Below, in pieces: positions 10,143 through 17,391 of a stretch of DNA of 64,000 nt. Both the position numbers and the translations under genes were made by a program. Origin of the DNA: a virus. Under the pieces are notes generated by a model. The model saw only the letters and a program-made list of their open reading frames with translations, searched no databases and had not been told where the DNA came from. The first letter of the stretch is position 1, and the number at the start of each line of letters is the position of its first letter. Where the stretch lies: the IMG/VR virus record IMGVR_UViG_3300042447_000151, positions 3,689 to 67,688 of that record; one strand, 5' to 3'.

Positions 10143-10399
10143 TTTAAGTATCTATCTATAGCGTTTAAAATTTGCTCGTGATCAATAGCATAAGCTATCT
10201 TAATGTTAAAATACTTTCTATCAGTTATCCAATGCTCAGGCAAATGGTCAAACTGAATAAGTAGGTAATGGTAGTCACCACTGGATTTAAGCACCAACAA
10301 ATTGTTGCCACCAAGCACACTAGCATAGCGTAGCCCTTTCTCCCTGAGGGAACGCTTAGTCTTATTACATAAGCCAACAGTAGTTATCTTTTTGCCCAT
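10139..10399 (-). CDS. Hypothetical protein
   Basis: ORF in the tightly packed run; likely start MGKKIT at 10399. Confidence 0.5.
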   Translation of the reverse strand: MGKKITTVGLCNKTKRSLREKGLRYASVLGGNNLLVLKSSGDYHYLLIQFDHLPEHWITDRKYFNIKIAYAIDHEQILNAIDRYLK

Positions 10400-10686
10400 T
10401 CTTCTGAGTAGTCTATAGGTGCATAGAACTTTGTTTGAACCCAACCAGTCTTGCGTAGTCTACGCTTCTTATGGTCAATGTAAGGGTAAAACGTGAAGTG
10501 GCCCTGCTTGTGCTTTTGCAACTGCATCGTTTTATCACAATCATCGCATACTAGGTTCATCGTTAGCTTATTGCCTGACTTGACGAACAACTTCTCGACC
10601 ACACTTAGGTCGTGCTCATGCTGACACCATGGGCATCGCATGTCGGATTCCTCGAATCCTTTTCGGGATCTAATTAGCTTTTCCAT
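10384..10686 (-). CDS. Zn-ribbon protein
   Basis: CPWC...CDDC pairs. Confidence 0.6.
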   Translation of the reverse strand: MEKLIRSRKGFEESDMRCPWCQHEHDLSVVEKLFVKSGNKLTMNLVCDDCDKTMQLQKHKQGHFTFYPYIDHKKRRLRKTGWVQTKFYAPIDYSEEWAKR

Positions 10687-10817
10687 TAGCTGAATCTGAT
10701 TAAAATGTAAATAGATAGTAATGCACTCAATGTGCCTGATGCACCAATGATAACACCAGTTACGAATTGTCTAAAGGCAATCTCTGAGACTTCCTTGCAA
10801 TTAAATTTTTCTTCCAT
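10686..10817 (-). CDS. Small membrane protein
   Basis: Hand-translated 43 aa MEEKFNCKEVSEIAFRQFVTGVIIGASGTLSALLSIYILIRFS; TAATG-coupled to next gene. Confidence 0.5.
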   Translation of the reverse strand: MEEKFNCKEVSEIAFRQFVTGVIIGASGTLSALLSIYILIRFS

Positions 10818-11133
10818 CTCTTTCTCTAGCTAGTTCTTGTTTAGATTTAGCAGTAACCAAATTAGTTCTGCCAGTTTGATTCTTTTCAAATTCGGTCATC
10901 TTCTTGATGCCGTACAAAATTGACGCATGGTCAATAGGATAGCCGTACCGCTCGCAGTAACGGCCAATCTCCCATAGCTTGATGCCCTCATCATTACATA
11001 ACTTGTAAAAATGGTGGCGAGCCGATACAATCGTTTTTAACTTGGTGTTTAAAAACATATCTTTCTTTCTGATCCGATGGCGATAGCAGATTCTCCTTGA
11101 GATTCTATCTATCTTATCTACGTCTGATATCAT
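10801..11133 (-). CDS. DnaA C-terminal (domain IV)-like HTH DNA-binding protein
   Basis: IVSARHHFYKLC...LWEIGRY...DHASILYGIKK resembles DnaA-IV ARQ.AMYL...SL.EIG..F..DHTTV.HA..K. Confidence 0.7.
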   Translation of the reverse strand: MISDVDKIDRISRRICYRHRIRKKDMFLNTKLKTIVSARHHFYKLCNDEGIKLWEIGRYCERYGYPIDHASILYGIKKMTEFEKNQTGRTNLVTAKSKQELARERDGRKI

Positions 11134-11282
11134 TTGTTTTTTAAATCGTTAACGTATACTGCCATTGATAATACAATGACTCCCGCAGTAAACAATAAAA
11201 AGGTGGCCGTCATGTAGCCATAGTAGGCTGATAAAAGTACCGAGGCTAGTAGCCCATACGAAATTTTAAATAGTGAATTCAT
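11130..11282 (-). CDS. Small two-TM membrane protein
   Basis: Hydrophobic ORF from MNSLFKISYGLL. Confidence 0.5.
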   Translation of the reverse strand: MNSLFKISYGLLASVLLSAYYGYMTATFLLFTAGVIVLSMAVYVNDLKNK

Positions 11283-11358
11283 AATGTGTTTCCGTAAATA
11301 CCTAGTGCTAGTACAACTAGCCACATAAGTATGATGAATAATAATTCTAAGGTTTTTT

Positions 11359-11601
11359 TCATAGTTCAGTATATTGGCTAATTATCTCATCGAAATCTCT
11401 GATTAGACCTTTGCTCTCGCTATCGTAACTAGTCCATACCCACGTGCTACCATCGTAGCACTGGAGAATATACTTCTTGGTCGTAGGGTCTTTGGTAAAA
11501 TTCAGTTGAACTACCCGACCCGTTGCCGTAGGTAGACGAAACATTCCGCCTTTCTTCCCAGAAATTATGAGTTCTCTGAACCGATCTATTTGCTCTATCA
11601 T
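11359..11601 (-). CDS. Hypothetical protein
   Basis: 80-aa ORF in the operon. Confidence 0.55.
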   Translation of the reverse strand: MIEQIDRFRELIISGKKGGMFRLPTATGRVVQLNFTKDPTTKKYILQCYDGSTWVWTSYDSESKGLIRDFDEIISQYTEL

Positions 11602-11728
11602 TATCTATTTGATTTAAAAATTGTTGGTGCTTCGCATTGTTATATTGCTCCACAAATTGTAAGATTTGATTGTCGTATTCGCAAGTCTGCCCGAACTGAG
11701 CATACTCGCACCATTCGTTGTATGTCAT
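11447..11728 (-). CDS. Hypothetical protein
   Basis: Likely start MTYNEWCEY, ATGA-coupled to the methyltransferase stop; 3' part overlaps the next ORF. Confidence 0.4.
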   Translation of the reverse strand: MTYNEWCEYAQFGQTCEYDNQILQFVEQYNNAKHQQFLNQIDNDRANRSVQRTHNFWEERRNVSSTYGNGSGSSTEFYQRPYDQEVYSPVLRW

Positions 11729-12348
11729 AAACAAGATTTTAAAATTTCGTAACACAATAAATTAGGTAGCTTACTTCGCTCATACGCATTGGATAAACCT
11801 TGCGTACCAGTGCGAGAGCCACGAGGTGCAGAGGTGTGGCAAGCATCGCCATTACTGCACATAGGCCGTGGACTCCAATAGATATTGTTTGTCCATATAT
11901 CAGTAGGCTTCATTCGCTCATCACCGTATTGACAATACGTGACTGAATTACGATGGAACTTTTTGCTATTCATAAAGTCCATCTTACGTAGCATACCACG
12001 TGGATTCTCAATAAAGAAAAAGCTAGGATCAAAGTGCTCTATTATTTCAATAGTTTTTAATGCTAACCTTTTGCCCAGCTCCGCTGACTCAGACTTAGGC
12101 TGAGGTATACCCTTGTCATCCAAGTACCAATGCTTGCCAATACTGGCCACGCTGAATGAGGTGCATGGTGGCGATGCCCAAATGATGTCGGGCCGGAACG
12201 GCACTTTGCTTACATCGAATTCAAGGATATTCACCACGTAGTGAATACCCTCAAAATCATTGATGTCAGATGAGTACACCTGCATGCCCATACGCTCGGC
12301 CATTTTGCCTATTGACCTAGATCCTGCAAATAATTCTAGTACTTTCAT
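11725..12348 (-). CDS. Short C5 cytosine DNA methyltransferase
   Basis: KVLELFAGS (motif I), IWASPPCTSFS (motif IV), FFIENPRG (motif VI), YCQYG..RMKPTDIW. Confidence 0.88.
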   Translation of the reverse strand: MKVLELFAGSRSIGKMAERMGMQVYSSDINDFEGIHYVVNILEFDVSKVPFRPDIIWASPPCTSFSVASIGKHWYLDDKGIPQPKSESAELGKRLALKTIEIIEHFDPSFFFIENPRGMLRKMDFMNSKKFHRNSVTYCQYGDERMKPTDIWTNNIYWSPRPMCSNGDACHTSAPRGSRTGTQGLSNAYERSKLPNLLCYEILKSCL

Positions 12349-12581
12349 TACGTTAGGGTTATGTCAATGTTAACACCATTGTACTGAAAATTAAACACGA
12401 TGTAGCCACTATCCTTATCTAATACGGCATCACTATACTTGCTTGCAGATAAACCTATTTGCCTATCAAAATCGCCTTGCAATCTAATAGCACTTTTGTA
12501 AATCGTGATGACATAAAAGTCTGAATGCTTTAAGCCTGAGTCAAATAAAAATTGCTCTAATACTTTAAAATTTGTTTCCAT
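12348..12581 (-). CDS. Hypothetical early protein
   Basis: 77-aa ORF with AAATAAAA leader. Confidence 0.6.
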   Translation of the reverse strand: METNFKVLEQFLFDSGLKHSDFYVITIYKSAIRLQGDFDRQIGLSASKYSDAVLDKDSGYIVFNFQYNGVNIDITLT

Positions 12582-12608
12582 TTTATTTAGAATTTATAAG
12601 GTTATTAA

Positions 12609-12806
12609 TTAAAATCCAGTATGCTCACGCTGAAACTCTTCGCTGATTTGTTTCTTTCTATTAGCATAAAACTCTTTGTAAAAATCACGATTTTCTTTCT
12701 CGGCATTGCAGTTCTCGCAAAGCCCCTCAAACCATAGGTCGTGTCTACCTTTCAATTCGCCACATTCGTGGCATGACCAAATGTCTTCTTGTTTTGTAAG
12801 TCCCAT
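12609..12806 (-). CDS. Small Zn-binding protein
   Basis: CHECG...LCENC. Confidence 0.6.
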   Translation of the reverse strand: MGLTKQEDIWSCHECGELKGRHDLWFEGLCENCNAEKENRDFYKEFYANRKKQISEEFQREHTGF

Positions 12807-12810
12807 TTTA

Positions 12811-13296
12811 TTATTTAGTTACGTGTTCTCTATAAATTTCTACTAACTCAGCGTGCTCATCTGCATTCACGAAATGAAACATGTCCATGAACTCATTGAA
12901 TGACTCGCAGTCATCTAGCCTAGGGATCGCTTCCGATTCTAAAAAGTCACTCCACTCCTCAAAATGGTACTTGCCTTCGAGGTATGTAAACTCTAAGTTG
13001 AACACCAGTCCTCCCTTGTCAAACCCAAACTTACCTGCTATGTCTGAGCCCCACTCATCGTACTCGCATTCTATTACTAGACTATAATCTTTGCTTAGTG
13101 ATTGCAATTTCTCCTTTGGTGGTGACCACCTAGACTCTGCACTAAACTCTAAGCTAGTAGGGTCTTTGCTAAAATCGCCTAAGCCTACTACCACAAATTC
13201 ATCTTCATACCTATTCTTCAATAAGTTATCGTAAAACATTCGCATCCCTTTTTCACTCCCGAAAACTTGGATGTAATTAAAGCAGTTGTTTGCCAT
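12811..13296 (-). CDS. DUF1281/YubB ferredoxin-like domain protein
   Basis: MANNCFNYI start, F.AESRWSPP, Y.EWGSD.AG motifs. Confidence 0.6.
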   Translation of the reverse strand: MANNCFNYIQVFGSEKGMRMFYDNLLKNRYEDEFVVVGLGDFSKDPTSLEFSAESRWSPPKEKLQSLSKDYSLVIECEYDEWGSDIAGKFGFDKGGLVFNLEFTYLEGKYHFEEWSDFLESEAIPRLDDCESFNEFMDMFHFVNADEHAELVEIYREHVTK

Positions 13297-13298
13297 TG

Positions 13299-13637
13299 TT
13301 ACCAAGGTTTAAATGAATTGTTTAATAATACATTCGCATAAAAATGATCCAAGGGAAGGATGTTTATATCCCACATAAATTCGCCATCAGTTATATCCCC
13401 CTCAATGTCTTTCAGATAAAAGTAAATTGTCTTGCCTTCTTCATGGTGCAAGTGGTCACACCATTCAACCTCAAAGGCAAAGGCTACATTGCCATCGCCT
13501 ACTTCAAAAGGGGTGTCAATTTCATACTCTCCAAGTAAATTGTTTTGCTCCACCAACGACATTATTTTGTCGGTTAAGTCTGCTCGCAACCTAGATATTG
13601 TCTCCATGGTTGTTAATTGAATTGTTAAATTTTCCAT
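13299..13637 (-). CDS. Acidic hypothetical early protein
   Basis: 112-aa ORF, TAATG-coupled. Confidence 0.6.
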   Translation of the reverse strand: MENLTIQLTTMETISRLRADLTDKIMSLVEQNNLLGEYEIDTPFEVGDGNVAFAFEVEWCDHLHHEEGKTIYFYLKDIEGDITDGEFMWDINILPLDHFYANVLLNNSFKPW

Positions 13638-13649
13638 TATAAATTAAGT

Positions 13650-14018
13650 TTAAAGTTCAGCAGAGAATTCGCAATAATCTGAATCGGGATTCTGCTCAAA
13701 AAAATCAAGGATATTTTTACCGAAGTTCCAATCAGCGTACATAGGAATGTACTTAAAATCAATGCCTTTTTCTTCAAGAATTTGGTCATTATAACCATCG
13801 TTTTTGCTAAAAAAATCATCTAGCTTTTGCTTGGTATCGCCCATTTCTGCTACCAGTTGAGCCATACGCTTGTGAGTTTTGTCTAGGTGCTTACGATAAA
13901 CCACGTAGTCTATGAGATACTTCTCTTGCTCAACTGCACCAAAAGATTCTGCCACATCTGAGGGCTGAACTCCAAACCAAAATTTACCCTCAATGTCACC
14001 GCTATAATATCTTCCCAT
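13650..14018 (-). CDS. Conserved hypothetical early protein
   Basis: MGRYYSGDIEGKFWFGVQPSD N-terminus, C-terminal CEFSAEL. Confidence 0.7.
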   Translation of the reverse strand: MGRYYSGDIEGKFWFGVQPSDVAESFGAVEQEKYLIDYVVYRKHLDKTHKRMAQLVAEMGDTKQKLDDFFSKNDGYNDQILEEKGIDFKYIPMYADWNFGKNILDFFEQNPDSDYCEFSAEL

Positions 14019-14029
14019 AATTTTAAATT

Positions 14030-14053
14030 GGTTAGCCTATACACCATAAGGTT
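14030..14053 (-). promoter_or_regulatory. Repeated leader motif copy 1 (ACCTTATGGTGTATAGGCTAACC), putative RNA pseudoknot
   Basis: Near-identical copy at 15651-15672; both end 10-11 nt before an ATG. Confidence 0.6.
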
Positions 14054-14067
14054 ATTAGATTAAAATG

Positions 14068-14412
14068 TTAGTAAAAAAATCCTTGGTACTTGCAGTCATC
14101 GGGTCTCTTGTTTCTCCAGCTTTTGCCCGACTTGGCATAAAGATTAGGGAATAACGTGTCCTCCTTCGGCTCATAGTATAAATCAATTGCTCTGCTCCGC
14201 ATTTGTTGATCCGTGGCCTCATTGATGCCGTTCATTTCGGCCATAAGAACGTAGTAATCTTTGCCACCAAACCGGCCATAGCCCGAGTAACTAGGCTCAT
14301 GGTACTCATTGCCTTGGTTGTCTACCATGTAGACATCGAACGTAGGTCTGCGACTCGCATTGTTCGCTATGCTTCTACGTGTATCCTGTGTTTTGAATGA
14401 AAAGAATCCCAT
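14068..14412 (-). CDS. Conserved hypothetical early protein
   Basis: MGFFSFKTQDT..SIAN, YSGYGRFGGKDYY.LMAEMNG, QGFFY. Confidence 0.7.
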   Translation of the reverse strand: MGFFSFKTQDTRRSIANNASRRPTFDVYMVDNQGNEYHEPSYSGYGRFGGKDYYVLMAEMNGINEATDQQMRSRAIDLYYEPKEDTLFPNLYAKSGKSWRNKRPDDCKYQGFFY

Positions 14413-14413
14413 T

Positions 14414-14623
14414 TTAAATTGTATTTAGAAAGTTTAAAATTGATTGAGTTTTAGTTGTGAATTGATTAACGTAATCGGTTAACGCTTCACTTAATTCAGT
14501 AAAAATTGATAGTTCTAGCAAGTCACTGGACTTGCGGTTAAATACTTTTACGATAATGACCCCACCCTCGGAGGCCACCACGTGCAGACTATACTCGCCT
14601 TGGTTTATGATTTTTCTTGCCAT
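14414..14623 (-). CDS. Hypothetical early protein
   Basis: 69-aa ORF, tightly packed. Confidence 0.55.
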   Translation of the reverse strand: MARKIINQGEYSLHVVASEGGVIIVKVFNRKSSDLLELSIFTELSEALTDYVNQFTTKTQSILNFLNTI

Positions 14624-14784
14624 TATGATTTATGATTATAGTATTCAATAAAAGTAAATGCATCATTTTCGGTGTCAAATGAAATGTAATCTATAACATC
14701 ATCATCCGTTTCAAGCGATACATAGAATCGCTTATTTGAATTTTCATCAATGTAATCCGCATCAAAATTTCTTATTGCTTTCAT
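14623..14784 (-). CDS. Small acidic early protein
   Basis: Hand-translated 53 aa MKAIRNFDADYIDENSNKRFYVSLETDDDVIDYISFDTENDAFTFIEYYNHKS; TAATG-coupled. Confidence 0.6.
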   Translation of the reverse strand: MKAIRNFDADYIDENSNKRFYVSLETDDDVIDYISFDTENDAFTFIEYYNHKS

Positions 14785-14793
14785 TTTATTTTT

Positions 14794-14847
14794 AAGCCGT
14801 TTTTGGCCACGGCTTGGGCTTTGTTCACAATCACGTTTTCACGTGAT
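14794..14847 (-). promoter_or_regulatory. Two-hairpin intergenic RNA element
   Basis: Minus strand ATCACGT-GAAA-ACGTGAT and AAGCCGT-GGCCAAAA-ACGGCTT, both perfect 7-bp stems. Confidence 0.55.
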
Positions 14848-14849
14848 GC

Positions 14850-15050
14850 TTAGTTAAATAATTCGTTCCACTCATCGGGGGTAATTCCAGTAATTAGGAA
14901 CTCACGCTCCTCGCTAGACAAATGAGGCACTATGTTTTGAATCAGTTCAATGCCTAGGTTTACCCTATCTAGTTGTTCGCTTGTGATATCAAGATCCATG
15001 GAGGATATTTTACCGCTGATACGGCTTTGCTTTGTGACTTGCATATTCAT
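14850..15050 (-). CDS. Conserved small phage protein
   Basis: LIQNIVPHLSSEEREFLITGITPDEW motif. Confidence 0.7.
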   Translation of the reverse strand: MNMQVTKQSRISGKISSMDLDITSEQLDRVNLGIELIQNIVPHLSSEEREFLITGITPDEWNELFN

Positions 15051-15057
15051 TAAGGTT

Positions 15058-15255
15058 TTACAATTCGTTTACATCGTACTCAATAGAATCCCAAACATTA
15101 TCAGAGGTATGCTCTCCGATTTTTTCTACCGATTCATCAAATTCATCTACTAAACGTTCTGCCTCATCGGCATCTACCGCTTCTACGTGATACGTTACAT
15201 AAGTCATTGAGGGAATCATTTGAATTACCTCGAAAGTTTTTAATTGCTTTCCCAT
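15058..15255 (-). CDS. Small acidic early protein
   Basis: VEAVDADEAERLV motif. Confidence 0.65.
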   Translation of the reverse strand: MGKQLKTFEVIQMIPSMTYVTYHVEAVDADEAERLVDEFDESVEKIGEHTSDNVWDSIEYDVNEL

Positions 15256-15282
15256 TTGATTATTTTGTATAAAGTGATAAAA

Positions 15283-15384
15283 TTATTTTGTAGCGTTAAA
15301 GGCATCTATAATTAAGGCAACCACTAGGGATACCGTGACTAATGTAAGGAGGCCAAAAATTAGATTTAAGATTAAATTTTCCAT
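15283..15384 (-). CDS. 33-aa single-TM peptide
   Basis: Hand-translated MENLILNLIFGLLTLVTVSLVVALIIDAFNATK. Confidence 0.5.
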   Translation of the reverse strand: MENLILNLIFGLLTLVTVSLVVALIIDAFNATK

Positions 15385-15385
15385 G

Positions 15386-15640
15386 TTAATTATATCTATC
15401 TATTAAAGTGTGAATAAATACGGCCAAGCCTTTGCTCTTTTTAAAATAGCCATAAGATGTGAACTTATCATCTGCACCCTCATGTGTAATGCCTATATAA
15501 TCCTCGCCTATTTGTAGGCTTAAATTATTGTCTAAAAGAATGCAATCATCCTCAATTTCCCAAAAGCTGGAGGTCACGACTTCACGGATCTTAATCTCGT
15601 GTTTAGTCAAAAAATCTACTACGTTGCTTAAAGTGTACAT
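15386..15640 (-). CDS. Hypothetical early protein
   Basis: Likely start MYTLSNVV at 15640 after an AAAATT leader. Confidence 0.6.
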   Translation of the reverse strand: MYTLSNVVDFLTKHEIKIREVVTSSFWEIEDDCILLDNNLSLQIGEDYIGITHEGADDKFTSYGYFKKSKGLAVFIHTLIDRYN

Positions 15641-15650
15641 AATTTTGAGC

Positions 15651-15672
15651 GGTTGCCTATACACCGCAAGGT
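15651..15672 (-). promoter_or_regulatory. Repeated leader motif copy 2 (ACCTTGCGGTGTATAGGCAACC)
   Basis: Matches 14030-14053 with a compensatory change. Confidence 0.6.
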
Positions 15673-15680
15673 CAAAGTGA

Positions 15681-16406
15681 TTATTTTAATTTCTTTATTT
15701 CTTTTAATACCTCCACCAATTGGCCTTCTAAGGCATCTAATTTTTGTCTTGTATCTGACTGATAGATGTGAATTTTATATTGCTCATCGGTTGTGATTAA
15801 CGAATTAATAGCGTTGCTTACACTTACCTTTAAACACATTTCTTTGTAGTTGTCTACGTGCTTTTCTACTTCATCTATCGCTTGCATTACCTTAGCTTTC
15901 CACACTTTGTATTGAGCCTTTTTGTCTCCGTATAAATTACGTACATCAATCTCAAAAATTGATAGCCAATTGTCTCCATTTGAAAATTCATATTCGCTAG
16001 AAAAATTGAATCCGATTTGACCCCAATCCTCCTCGAATGAGGGCGAACAATACAAAGAAATTAAACTCTTTGGGTCATTAAAGCAGGTTGCTCCTGTTTG
16101 GTTGTCGTAGTCTAAAATCCAACCTTTGTAATCTTGAAAGTCACATATTGTATCTGACCCGATTAAATCGCCATCAGTCAAAAATCCTTTCTCTAATTGT
16201 TGGTATGTCATTTCTTTGATTCGCTCATCTATTGATAGCGGTATGTCAATATGAAAATACATTCCTTTGCCTTGTGTAGAGACAAAGAAATTAGCCCACA
16301 AATAGGTAATAAAATCATCCGACAATTCAGAGTCGTAATGAGGTACGAAAATAACATTACGGCCTTTGGCCAATTCGTTAACGATTAATGCTTTGAAATT
16401 TTCCAT
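15681..16406 (-). CDS. Hypothetical early protein
   Basis: 241-aa ORF with C-terminal coiled coil. Confidence 0.7.
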   Translation of the reverse strand: MENFKALIVNELAKGRNVIFVPHYDSELSDDFITYLWANFFVSTQGKGMYFHIDIPLSIDERIKEMTYQQLEKGFLTDGDLIGSDTICDFQDYKGWILDYDNQTGATCFNDPKSLISLYCSPSFEEDWGQIGFNFSSEYEFSNGDNWLSIFEIDVRNLYGDKKAQYKVWKAKVMQAIDEVEKHVDNYKEMCLKVSVSNAINSLITTDEQYKIHIYQSDTRQKLDALEGQLVEVLKEIKKLK

Positions 16407-16410
16407 TTGA

Positions 16411-16758
16411 TTATTTATTAAAGATTAAAATTGTGTCTAGTAAAGTATTGTAATCATCATTGCCTTTGTATTCTAAGGCATTTACAATGTCTGTTATTAA
16501 TTTAATGTACTTTATTTTTTGAGCCTCTAAATCATAAGGAGTGCCCAAGTCTATCGAATGAGTGCCGTCTGATTGCTCATCATCACTCAATATCTGAATA
16601 GGTACTATGCCGTCCTCATTATCCCAATTAGGAGAGGCACAAATCACTGATTTACTGCCCTCCCAAAATAGTCCGTGACCTTGAAAAGGGTGTATGGTAA
16701 AATCGCCAACCTTGTTGGTGTTTAATTTTACATCGAAATAATTGATAAATTTTTCCAT
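16411..16758 (-). CDS. Hypothetical early protein
   Basis: 115-aa ORF, CASPNWDNEDG.VPI. Confidence 0.65.
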   Translation of the reverse strand: MEKFINYFDVKLNTNKVGDFTIHPFQGHGLFWEGSKSVICASPNWDNEDGIVPIQILSDDEQSDGTHSIDLGTPYDLEAQKIKYIKLITDIVNALEYKGNDDYNTLLDTILIFNK

Positions 16759-16759
16759 T

Positions 16760-16933
16760 TTATTTTGTATTTAAAAGTTCTACATAATACCCTAAACGGC
16801 TAGGGTATTTACTATATACGTAATCATGTGCCGTGTTTAAACTAGCACGCTTTACGTTTACTATTTTTTTGGTAGCTACTTTGTAGCTAAATTCATCCGT
16901 ATACGTTAACACGTTAAAAATATAGGTAGTCAT
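16760..16933 (-). CDS. Small hypothetical early protein
   Basis: Hand-translated 57 aa MTTYIFNVLTY...GYYVELLNTK fills the gap exactly. Confidence 0.55.
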   Translation of the reverse strand: MTTYIFNVLTYTDEFSYKVATKKIVNVKRASLNTAHDYVYSKYPSRLGYYVELLNTK

Positions 16934-16953
16934 AAGATTTTTTTTTAAGATGA

Positions 16954-17283
16954 TTAAAATAAGTCTGAATAAGCCTTGAAATTATCGTAAATCTCATCTA
17001 CCATATTATCCAACAAGTCGGGTAAATTATCAGCGGTTAAAAAATCATCGCTTTGAAAATTGCCGTAGCCATTAAACCAAACAAAATCATGACTATAATT
17101 ATAGTCGCCATAGCACACACGTTGAACAAGGTTGATTTTGTCGAACATCTCTAAAAATTCCTCATCGTTGGCATAGATAAAATTATCCGAATAGTGCAAC
17201 TCATCGCATAGGCGATTATTCAAGTCCATGATTTCAACACTATTCATGTTTTCAATTGCATTTTTAATTTCTAACTTTTCCAT
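16954..17283 (-). CDS. Acidic early protein (first gene of the leftward operon)
   Basis: D/E-rich, GDYNYSHDFVWFNGYGNF.S motif. Confidence 0.7.
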   Translation of the reverse strand: MEKLEIKNAIENMNSVEIMDLNNRLCDELHYSDNFIYANDEEFLEMFDKINLVQRVCYGDYNYSHDFVWFNGYGNFQSDDFLTADNLPDLLDNMVDEIYDNFKAYSDLF

Positions 17284-17312
17284 TTTGTTTTATTGTTTAT
17301 AAGGTGAATAAA

Positions 17313-17369
17313 TATAGCGGGCTAGCACGGTAAACGAACCGCCTAGAATTCTGAATTACTAGCCCTATA
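17313..17369 (-). ncRNA. tRNA-like structured leader element lacking an anticodon arm
   Basis: GGGCTAG/CTAGCCC 7-bp stem enclosing a GCGG-TTCGTTTA-CCGT T-arm-like hairpin. Confidence 0.4.
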
Positions 17370-17379
17370 AATTGCCATG

Positions 17380-17391
17380 ATGTCAAAGAAC
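17380..17391 (-). promoter_or_regulatory. boxA-like antitermination site (GTTCTTTGACAT)
   Basis: Resembles rrn boxA (GCTCTTTAACA); lies in the leader of the long early operon. Confidence 0.5.

Noticed and set aside
16786-16809. AATACCCTA-AACGGC-TAGGGTATT hairpin
   Set aside because: Lies inside the small ORF 16760-16933 and has no clear U-tract; no evidence of function
17313-17369. Canonical tRNA gene
   Set aside because: Too short, with no anticodon arm and a non-standard T-loop; kept only as a tRNA-like element
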